Source of the DNA: Candidatus Hadarchaeota archaeon
GTDB lineage: Archaea; Hadarchaeota; Hadarchaeia; Hadarchaeales; Hadarchaeaceae
Direction of reading: 5' to 3'
Assembly (NCBI GenBank): GCA_040757795.1
Contig: JBFLWG010000002.1
Location: forward strand, 1 to 45,481
DNA length: 45,481 nucleotides
Shown: positions 35,113 through 42,057 of the stretch, in pieces
Layout: every line of letters starts with the position of its first letter
Position numbering within the stretch: position 1 is the stretch's first letter
Translations under genes and position numbers: made by a program
Notes under the pieces: generated by a model
Databases searched by the model: none
What the model saw: the letters and a program-made list of their open reading frames with translations, nothing else
Told to the model about the DNA's origin: nothing

Positions 35113-35205
35113 GGGCCCGTAGGATAATCTAGATAATCCACTCCCCCGCTAACCCCGCAAAAGGGGGAAGAGGGAGTAATCAGGGTTCAAATCCCGGCGG
35201 GCCCG
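35113..35205 (+). tRNA. tRNA-like gene with a 19-nt insertion in the anticodon arm (putative intron); identity unresolved
   Basis: Acceptor GGGCCCG/CGGGCCC (7 perfect bp), T8 A9, D-stem GGAT/ATCC, anticodon stem CTCCC/GGGAG separated by 26 nt, T-arm CAGGG-TTCAAAT-CCCGG. Irregular: no GG in the D-loop, C at position 33, and one A-G mismatch in the T-stem. Confidence 0.45.
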
Positions 35206-35212
35206 CACCATC

Positions 35213-36556
35213 CTATTTCAAAGATTTCAAAATTTTAACTGCTTTTCCAGCGATGTCATTCGCCAGTCTGGCTGTCTTTCCCTCGGCCGTCACCCTGATG
35301 AAAGGCTCCGTCCCGGATGGCCTTACCAACACCCACCCGTCCTTGAATTCCACCCGTATGCCGTCGATTTTAGTCGCCCTTGCCGCGCCCGGGAGCTTCT
35401 TCAGCTTCGGCGAGATTTTTCTCATGACGCCGGCCTTTCGCTCGTTGGGGCACGAGACCTTCTTCCTGACGGTCGGATAGTCAGGCAGCCCGTCCGACAA
35501 CTCCGAGATTTTTTTGCCTGTAACCGACAGCATTTGCAGGATTTTTGCCGCGCCAAACGGTCCGTCCGGCGCCAGCTGGAACTCCGGAAATATCCAGGCC
35601 CCGCTTGGCTCCCCGCCGAAAACCGCCCGGCGCTTTTTAACAGCCTCTGCCACGCTCACATCGCCGACCCTTGTTCTAACGACCCTTCCGCCCCTCTCCT
35701 TCACAGCTTTGTCAAGGATGCCTGAAGCATCCACTGTCGTCACGACCGTCTGCCCTTTTCTCCGGAGCTGGAAGGCTGAGATCAAGGCGAGGAGCTTGTC
35801 CTCCTTGACAAAACGCCCCCTATCATCCACGGCGGCGACGCGGTCGGCATCCCCGTCGTGCGCCAGCCCTAAGTCGGCCCCCACGGACTTCACCACCCTT
35901 GCCAGCTCATTCAGGTTCCCCTCGTTCGGCTCAAGCCCCCTGCCGGGGAAGTGGCCGTCTGGATTGCAGTTTATGCTTATGACTTTGCAGCCCATTTTTC
36001 TCAGAAGGACGGGGGTAACGGCGGAGGCTGCCCCGTTGCCACAGTCGACCACGATCTTGAACCCTTTTGAAAGCTTCACAGCCCCGGCGATTGCGCCGAT
36101 GTAGTCCGGGATAATGTCGGCAACCCCGACGCCTCCGAGCGCCCTCCATTCTGCGCGCTCGCCAGGCCCCTTTGAGTAAATCACCTCTATTTTTTTCTCA
36201 AACCTCGGCGAGTACGCCATCCCCTTTGAGTCGCAGAACTTCACTCCGTTGTACTCGGGCGGGTTATGCGAGGCAGTTATCATCGCCCCTGCTTTTGCTT
36301 TCAGGTTCCTCACGGCGAAACTCACCGCGGGGGTCGGGACTATCCCCAACTTTACGACATCACACCCGCCGGACAGCAGGCCTGAAACGAAGCTGCTCTC
36401 AAGCATCTCGCCCGATGTCCTCGGGTCCCTTCCGACCACCACCGTGCCGGACTTCACGTGCGATGCCAGCGCCAGCCCCAGTCTCATGGCAAGCTCAGCC
36501 GTGATGTCCTTGCCGACCAAGCCCCTGACGCCGGAGGTTCCGAACAGCTTTTCCAT
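35213..36556 (-). CDS. glmM: Phosphoglucosamine mutase / phosphohexomutase
   Basis: LFGTSGVRG, the active-site loop TASHNPPEYNGVKF, and GDGDADR. Confidence 0.9.
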   Translation of the reverse strand: MEKLFGTSGVRGLVGKDITAELAMRLGLALASHVKSGTVVVGRDPRTSGEMLESSFVSGLLSGGCDVVKLGIVPTPAVSFAVRNLKAKAGAMITASHNPPEYNGVKFCDSKGMAYSPRFEKKIEVIYSKGPGERAEWRALGGVGVADIIPDYIGAIAGAVKLSKGFKIVVDCGNGAASAVTPVLLRKMGCKVISINCNPDGHFPGRGLEPNEGNLNELARVVKSVGADLGLAHDGDADRVAAVDDRGRFVKEDKLLALISAFQLRRKGQTVVTTVDASGILDKAVKERGGRVVRTRVGDVSVAEAVKKRRAVFGGEPSGAWIFPEFQLAPDGPFGAAKILQMLSVTGKKISELSDGLPDYPTVRKKVSCPNERKAGVMRKISPKLKKLPGAARATKIDGIRVEFKDGWVLVRPSGTEPFIRVTAEGKTARLANDIAGKAVKILKSLK

Positions 36557-36568
36557 AAAAAACCATCG

Positions 36569-37153
36569 CTAAGCGGGCTCGTGCACTACCTTGCTCTTGT
36601 AGACCTCGACCCGCCTGATGGGGCAGAACTTTTTCGCTTCCTTGTAGATGTCGGATGAAAGCTTCCCGAGCACGACCTCTTGGACGAACTGCTCGAAAGT
36701 CCTCTCAGCGCCCTTCGCCACAAGAACCTCTTCGATGACTTTTCTTATGGCGTGTATCTTCGAGCTCTGCGTCTTCCTGAGGGTCGTCACCATTGTCCTG
36801 AGCCGGACCTTGTAGCCATCCTTTGTGGTCACGAGCGAGATGTTGTCCGCCTTCCCGCCCCGCCTCCTGATCTGGCTCTGGATGTAGTCCCTGATCATCT
36901 CATGGCCGATGAACCCCGTCACCACTTTCTTTTCCTCGACCTTCTTAACCTGGAAAAACAGCTTGACGTGCGCCTTTGAGACATCATCTATCAACTCGCC
37001 TAGGGTGATCTCAAACACCCTGCCAGTGAGCTTAGACGGGTCGGTCGCGGGGCTCTCCCCCAGCCTCGTCCCGCCGAACATCGACGGGGCGAATATCTCG
37101 TACCACGCCTTTTCCTTCCATGGCTTTATAAGCCGCTTCCTTTTCTCCGCCAT
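36569..37153 (-). CDS. rps3ae: 30S ribosomal protein S3Ae (eS1)
   Basis: KEKAWYEIFAPSMFG...GRVFEITLGEL. The ATG overlaps the serS stop (TAATG). Confidence 0.95.
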   Translation of the reverse strand: MAEKRKRLIKPWKEKAWYEIFAPSMFGGTRLGESPATDPSKLTGRVFEITLGELIDDVSKAHVKLFFQVKKVEEKKVVTGFIGHEMIRDYIQSQIRRRGGKADNISLVTTKDGYKVRLRTMVTTLRKTQSSKIHAIRKVIEEVLVAKGAERTFEQFVQEVVLGKLSSDIYKEAKKFCPIRRVEVYKSKVVHEPA

Positions 37154-38655
37154 TATTCAGTCACCTTCACAGGAGACGGCAGGGTTCCTACCTTCTTCCT
37201 GACTGGTTCCGGCCATCGTGACGTGTCGAAACCATGCTGGGCCAGGAATCCCACGACCCAGCGGCTGGTTCCGAACCCGCAACAGCCGGTCCACACCTCC
37301 CGCCCCTTAACTTCCTTTATCTTAAAAGTTTCCGTGAACTTGGTTTTGTGGGCGTTGTAAGAGCCGATCTCGAGCCACTTCTCGTTGTAGGGGAGGAGGA
37401 CCTCGAGGTCGTAGGTCGCCACCTTCCTGCTGTCGCTCGCGTCCATGGCGCCGCCCTCCTTCATGTAGAAAGGTGTCGCGATAGGGATCCGCCACTCCAG
37501 CCCGAGCTTTTCGACAAGCTCGATGCTTTTTTCCACCACGTCTTCTCTTATTGAAATCACGTCGTCAGGCGAGCCCAGCATCACGAACTCGATGCGCCTG
37601 AACTCTTGCGTGCGGATGAGGCCCTCCACGCCTCCGCCCTCCCAGCGGTATGTCCATCCGCTCATGTCGTAGAGTTTCACCGGCAGCTTCTCGATGTTGA
37701 CATACTTTGAAGCGAAGCCCTGATAGAAAGGCTCACACTGGGCAGGGGAAAGAACGTACGCGGGGTCCTTGACGACTTTCTTGAGCTCCTCCGTGGGTAT
37801 TTTTTTTGTGAGCTTGAGGTCCATTTTGAATTTTTCAAAAGCCTGCGGCTCCCTCGGCGGCGGGCAGACGTAATACATCCCTTCGGGCACGCCGTCCAGG
37901 TAGCCAGGCATCCTTTGCATCACCTCTAAGGGGATGAGCTTCGGGAACATCGCCTCGCTGAATCCCAACGGGACTGCAACATTTTCAACAATCAGCTCTT
38001 CAAGCGCTCGGATCAGCCTGGCGTACGGCTCGGTGTAAATCCACTGTCCACGGCCTGGGAACTCCACAAGCCAGCCCTTATTTTGTGCGACAAGGAACGG
38101 GTCATCCTCAAAGTGGTGTTTGACCTCTGCCCCCCGCTTTGCGATTACAATTTCTTCGACGGCTTTCGGAGGGGCCTTCGCCAGAGCTTCCTCTATCGCC
38201 GAGATTGTACGGTCGACAATGCGCCCTCTGACTTGGGACTCGGCGAGGTTTTCAAGCAAGACCTCGACAGCCCCATTACCTATTTTTCCGCCGAGTTTTT
38301 CAATTTCCCTCCTAGCATCTTCCGAGACTTCCTTTGTCGGAACTCTGATGCGGTAACTTGGGACAGCAATCTCCCTGAGCCCCACCTTGTGTTTTTTCCC
38401 CAGTTCTTCTGAAAGGATTTTTGCGATCCTGAGCAGGGCATCGTGCGCCCTGACGTAGCGCCCTGATTTTATTTCGAACTCGATGATTTTTGCTGAGGCT
38501 TTCCACTTGACTATCCTCGCTGCCTCGCTCTCCTTCCCCCTCGGCGCGCCCTTCACCAGGACGGGCTCAAGGCCATCGATCACCGGCTTAAGCTCCTTGG
38601 AGAGCTTCTCCACTTCACCGCTGAAGGTCAGTTTACCGACGAGTTCAAACTCCAT
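37153..38655 (-). CDS. serS: Seryl-tRNA synthetase, rare methanogen-type (type 2)
   Basis: 500 aa. Collinear with Methanosarcina barkeri-type SerRS as recalled: SGRYVRAHDALLRIAKILSEELGKKHKVGLREI, YYVCPPP, and WTGCCGFGTSRWVVGFLAQHGFD..WPE. Lacks the coiled-coil N-domain of bacterial-type SerRS. Confidence 0.85.
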   Translation of the reverse strand: MEFELVGKLTFSGEVEKLSKELKPVIDGLEPVLVKGAPRGKESEAARIVKWKASAKIIEFEIKSGRYVRAHDALLRIAKILSEELGKKHKVGLREIAVPSYRIRVPTKEVSEDARREIEKLGGKIGNGAVEVLLENLAESQVRGRIVDRTISAIEEALAKAPPKAVEEIVIAKRGAEVKHHFEDDPFLVAQNKGWLVEFPGRGQWIYTEPYARLIRALEELIVENVAVPLGFSEAMFPKLIPLEVMQRMPGYLDGVPEGMYYVCPPPREPQAFEKFKMDLKLTKKIPTEELKKVVKDPAYVLSPAQCEPFYQGFASKYVNIEKLPVKLYDMSGWTYRWEGGGVEGLIRTQEFRRIEFVMLGSPDDVISIREDVVEKSIELVEKLGLEWRIPIATPFYMKEGGAMDASDSRKVATYDLEVLLPYNEKWLEIGSYNAHKTKFTETFKIKEVKGREVWTGCCGFGTSRWVVGFLAQHGFDTSRWPEPVRKKVGTLPSPVKVTE

Positions 38656-38670
38656 TCAACCGCCAAACCC

Positions 38671-38692
38671 TAATGATTTTGAGGCTTAAAGC
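38671..38692 (-). promoter_or_regulatory. TATA-like box plus conserved downstream block (minus strand TTTAAGCCTCAAAATCATTA), ending 15 nt upstream of the serS ATG
   Basis: Near-identical to the element at 40617-40637 at the same distance from a start codon. Overlaps the stop of the Pcc2-like gene. Confidence 0.4.
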
Positions 38693-38919
38693 ATATTTTC
38701 TGCGGCGCTGGTGCAGGACAAGAGGTCGTCCAAGGTGGAAATAAGTGTCTCTATTTTCCCGTCCAGCTCTATCTTGGTGTTTACTTGCCTTCCAACAACT
38801 TTTGTGGATATCTTCATCTCTCTCGGCGCCTGAAGGTTGTCTGGCCCGATGGCTTTGGCCACGGCTCGGGAGACTTTCCCGTCGCCGTAGCTGCAAGAAA
38901 TCTCCGCTTTGAGTTTCAT
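38686..38919 (-). CDS. Pcc1-like paralogue (candidate Pcc2 KEOPS subunit)
   Basis: 77 aa with the beta-beta-beta-alpha pattern and a C-terminal helix (IETLISTLDDLLSCTSAAENML) resembling Pcc1-family proteins. Distinct from the Pcc1 at 23967..24377. Confidence 0.5.
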   Translation of the reverse strand: MKLKAEISCSYGDGKVSRAVAKAIGPDNLQAPREMKISTKVVGRQVNTKIELDGKIETLISTLDDLLSCTSAAENML

Positions 38920-38923
38920 GAAA

Positions 38924-40174
38924 TCAAAAAGTCCCAGGCCGGACCGTCCCTATTTCTTCGCCCGTCGGCTTGACTTTCATGGAGCCAAACTGTATGGCCG
39001 CTACCCGCTCCATCTCGGTGACGGGAGTGGTGAGAACAATCTGCCCCCGGTCGAAGTTGATTCTGTCTATTACTCCCAGCCCAAGCACTTCATTCTCGCC
39101 GTCCACAAGGCCGACAATGACGTTCTGCTCGGTCCCGGCCCTTATCAACCTTGCTGGCCCGAATTTTGACTCAAGCTCTTTGATCGCTTCCTCGTTCATC
39201 CTGCCCTTTGCCACCAGCACAAAGCCTTCCGGGATTTTCTCAGCGTAAATAGCCTGTCTCCCAAAGTCAGCGGGGTTTAGCGGAGTCCCCGTCTTCAGGT
39301 AGGTGCGCTCGAACCTCACCCGCTTCAGGTCCAGCACGAGCTTCCCGGCCCCCTCAAAGTACTGCCCCAGAATCATCCCACGCAGGTTCGCCCTTTCTGC
39401 CAGAGACCTGGATCGCACTTTGGTGGACACAGACAGCCGCCTTATCTTCTGAGGAGATATCGAAGCTAGGAGGTGCTCCAGTTCTGTGCCTCTCTGTAGG
39501 GCTATCACGAGGTCCGGGTTAATCAGTTCCTCGACGTGCAACTGGAGGGACCTGCCAGGGCCTCCAAATGTCATCCCAGGGGTGTTGACTATTACTAGGT
39601 CTGCTTTTTTCAGCCCCTTTTCCACAAGCCACTTCATCCCGACGACGAACTCAAGGGTGTGGCCGGCCGGGGACATCGACCCAACAAAATAAGTTTTTCT
39701 TGTCGGCACCTCGTAAAGCAAGGCCACAGGCCGCTCGAATATCCCGAGCCCCATTGTTGTCGGAGGGCCTATGTCCGCCTGCCCGACATCGCTGTCAACA
39801 GCGCCCATCCTGATCCCGTGCCTCAGAAGGGTGTTTCCGGTGTATGTTGTGAGAAAAGTTTTCCCGACGTCGACGTTCCCTATTACCAAGATTACCTTCG
39901 GTCTTTTCTGTACAATCTCGGCGATGAGAGCGTCCCACTCCTTGGGTATCGTCCTTCCTGGGAGCTGCTCGACCTTGCCGTCCGCCCCAAGAGTGTAGTC
40001 GACCACTGCCTCGGACTCTGCCTCCACCGGCACGGATTTGGCGCGGGGGATGACCGCCGTGTCGCCCCTCTCCCGGAGCCCTCCGCTGATTGAGACCTTG
40101 CCCGACTTGATTTCAAGGCTGAGCTGCCCCTCCATCCTGTAAACTTCCCCGGGTTTCAGCGAAAGCTGCGGCAC
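38924..40174 (-). CDS. Clp1/Grc3-family polynucleotide 5'-hydroxyl kinase
   Basis: P-loop VIGNVDVGKTFLTTY, DSDVGQADIGPP and VNTPG, typical of archaeal Clp1. 416 aa. Confidence 0.8.
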   Translation of the reverse strand: MPQLSLKPGEVYRMEGQLSLEIKSGKVSISGGLRERGDTAVIPRAKSVPVEAESEAVVDYTLGADGKVEQLPGRTIPKEWDALIAEIVQKRPKVILVIGNVDVGKTFLTTYTGNTLLRHGIRMGAVDSDVGQADIGPPTTMGLGIFERPVALLYEVPTRKTYFVGSMSPAGHTLEFVVGMKWLVEKGLKKADLVIVNTPGMTFGGPGRSLQLHVEELINPDLVIALQRGTELEHLLASISPQKIRRLSVSTKVRSRSLAERANLRGMILGQYFEGAGKLVLDLKRVRFERTYLKTGTPLNPADFGRQAIYAEKIPEGFVLVAKGRMNEEAIKELESKFGPARLIRAGTEQNVIVGLVDGENEVLGLGVIDRINFDRGQIVLTTPVTEMERVAAIQFGSMKVKPTGEEIGTVRPGTF

Positions 40175-40175
40175 T

Positions 40176-40601
40176 TCAATCCACCTCGAAGTTGAGCGAC
40201 GGCCATTCCTTGGCCAGCAGTTCCCTGGAGATGCGCCTTACCTCTTCTACTGAGTCCTTACCGACCGCTAACTTCTCCGGTATTATCGTGGCCGTAAGCT
40301 TGTAGGACTCCGCGAGCCTGATTTCAGTTGGCGTGATTTCCGCTATTGTCCCGTAGACCGTGCTGCCGTCTTTCAGGTTCAGAAGTACCTCCGCCCCCTC
40401 CTCCAGCTTCCCCATCTCGGCCGGTTGGATGACCTTGGGGAGCAGCATGGAGATTATCCCGGGGTAGATGGGAACCTTTTTGTAAATGTCCCTGAACTCG
40501 GAGAAAATGGCCTCGAGGGCGGCTGGGTTCCCTTGATAACGCTCGACCAGCTCGACCAGGAGTTCCACGAGCCTCTGGAATTCCGTCTCTTCCAGCGTCA
40601 A
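40176..40601 (-). CDS. Hypothetical protein: helical N-domain plus possible Sm-like/small beta-barrel C-domain
   Basis: 141 aa with a TTG start. The segment VLLNLKDGSTVYGTIAEITPTEIRLAE resembles an Sm1-type motif. Ends 1 nt before the clp1-like start. Confidence 0.4.
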   Translation of the reverse strand: MTLEETEFQRLVELLVELVERYQGNPAALEAIFSEFRDIYKKVPIYPGIISMLLPKVIQPAEMGKLEEGAEVLLNLKDGSTVYGTIAEITPTEIRLAESYKLTATIIPEKLAVGKDSVEEVRRISRELLAKEWPSLNFEVD

Positions 40602-40616
40602 TCAGACCACATTTTT

Positions 40617-40637
40617 AATAATTTTGAGGGTTTAAAA
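40617..40637 (-). promoter_or_regulatory. TATA-like box plus conserved downstream block (minus strand TTTAAACCCTCAAAATTATTA) upstream of TTG 40601
   Basis: Twin of the serS upstream element. 35 nt from the first T of TTTAA to the start codon in both cases. Confidence 0.4.
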
Positions 40638-40653
40638 ATAGAGGCTTTTCCGC

Positions 40654-42057
40654 CTAGTGGGTGCCGTCCAGACCCAACTTTGCTGCCTTTTCAACTTCTT
40701 CCGGGCTCGCCTTGCCGCTGTCCAGCGCCTTCGCCAGCTTGGCCATCTCGTCCATCACAAAAAGAAGCTCATGCATTACCGCGTACATCGGCACAGGCTT
40801 GTCGGCGAGAAGCTCTGCCGCCCGGGCGTGACCGCCGCCCCCGATCCCCTTGCGGTCGGGGTAGCGCTCCTGCAGTCTTGTTGCCAGCTGGAAGCACATC
40901 TTCCCGCAGTTCACCAGCCCGCCGCCGCCCCTCATGGAGATGTGGATGCCTTTTTCCTTGGGGCTGAACACTATGACCATCGCGTGGACGTGGCCTCCCG
41001 CACGCTTCATTTTCTCCAGCCGGGTGGATGCGACGAAAGGCAGGATGGCCGGGAACGGGGCAGAATTCATGGCTTCGGCCTCCCTTGCGAATATCATGTA
41101 AACACCGACGCCTCTGACATCCCCAAGGAACACCCCGTTTTCAGCCCTTTTTTCCAACATCGCCCAATCTGTCTTGTACTGCCTGAACACCTTGTTGATA
41201 AGACGGCCCTTTGGCATCCCCCCCAAAAACTTTTCAACACTGGAGAACTCGGACGGATTTTCCCCTCGCTGGACGAGCTCCGTCAGGAAGTCAAGGACGA
41301 GATCCGGGCCGTAAATGTCGTCGGCGCCAGTGGCGCGGTTGTAAAGGTGGGCAAGGCAGCCGGAATGGAAGACCTCGCCCATCTGGTTCACAAGGGCCGT
41401 CCTCTCGCGGTCTATCAGCTCGTACATTGTGGGCTCCCCGACCTTCACGTCGAAGGCAAGCGGGAAATTTTCCTTCGCCATCTCTATGAATGGCTTTGCA
41501 AAATCGTTAATCGTTCCCTCCACAGGGTCGAACGCAAAATCGCCCCGGCACCCGAGGAGCGCCGCGAAGTCATCGTAAATATCCGACACGCCCAGCTTTG
41601 CCGCTAGCGCATGGCACAGCAGGGAGGCCGAGGCGGCGTACTCAGAGACCTCCACGGTCGGGTTGAACAATGTGCATTTGCTCGGCCTTCCGTCGAGCTG
41701 GTGGTGGTCAACGATGAGGATGTTGTCAATGTGCTTGAGCAGGTCGTCGTAGACCTCGAAGGTCCCCTTGTCTGAAATGACCAAAATATCGAACTTTCCC
41801 TTTTTCTTCAGGGTATCGACTAGCGCCTCCTCCCAAAGCTTGAAGTGCTGCGGCATTTCTGTAACCACATTGGCGCCGCAATAGCGCTCGAATATTCTCC
41901 GGAGTATGAAAGCGCTAGTTATCCCGTCCGTGTCATGGTGGGAGAAGTTCAGGACCCTCAGGCCCTTCCTTTTTCTCATCCTTTCGATCATGCCTATGGC
42001 CGCGGGGAACCCCGGCACCGTCTCATGGAGCCTTTGCACGAACTCCTCGTAGCTCAA
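40654..42057 (-). CDS. RecJ-like DHH/DHHA1 phosphoesterase (archaeal RecJ/Cdc45-GAN family paralogue)
   Basis: Motifs SHHDTDGITS, VISDKG, IVDHH and GGGGHARAA. 467 aa. Confidence 0.75.
   Translation of the reverse strand: MSYEEFVQRLHETVPGFPAAIGMIERMRKRKGLRVLNFSHHDTDGITSAFILRRIFERYCGANVVTEMPQHFKLWEEALVDTLKKKGKFDILVISDKGTFEVYDDLLKHIDNILIVDHHQLDGRPSKCTLFNPTVEVSEYAASASLLCHALAAKLGVSDIYDDFAALLGCRGDFAFDPVEGTINDFAKPFIEMAKENFPLAFDVKVGEPTMYELIDRERTALVNQMGEVFHSGCLAHLYNRATGADDIYGPDLVLDFLTELVQRGENPSEFSSVEKFLGGMPKGRLINKVFRQYKTDWAMLEKRAENGVFLGDVRGVGVYMIFAREAEAMNSAPFPAILPFVASTRLEKMKRAGGHVHAMVIVFSPKEKGIHISMRGGGGLVNCGKMCFQLATRLQERYPDRKGIGGGGHARAAELLADKPVPMYAVMHELLFVMDEMAKLAKALDSGKASPEEVEKAAKLGLDGTH

Noticed and set aside
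34895-35122. 75-aa plus-strand ORF in the glmM-glmU spacer.
   Set aside because: It spans a TATA box, a T7 run and three hairpins, runs into the tRNA-like element, and has an Arg/Pro/Lys-rich, unconvincing translation.
35122-35139. Hairpin GGATAATCTAGATAATCC with CTA in its loop: considered as an amber-suppressor/tRNA-Pyl-like anticodon arm.
   Set aside because: It lies 2 nt after the acceptor strand, which is the D-arm position. The loop would be 8-10 nt rather than 7. No Pyl genes are seen.
34884-35212. The 329-nt spacer considered as SRP (7S) RNA, RNase P RNA or a riboswitch.
   Set aside because: None of the conserved motifs I can recall is present (RNase P GAGGAAAGTCC-type CR-I, SRP helix-8 GGAA/AGCA loops, TPP or fluoride cores). 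An Infernal scan would still be needed.
40657-41607. Long ORFs antisense to or overlapping well-supported genes. Examples: 40657..41607 (316 aa), 293..1192, 7345..8052, 9029..9742, 12076..12795, 13386..14249, 24723..25385, 27184..28086 and 28317..29036.
   Set aside because: Their translations are low-complexity and rich in Arg/Pro/Ala/Ser, as expected for shadow frames of GC-rich coding DNA. Each lies opposite a gene with clear family motifs.
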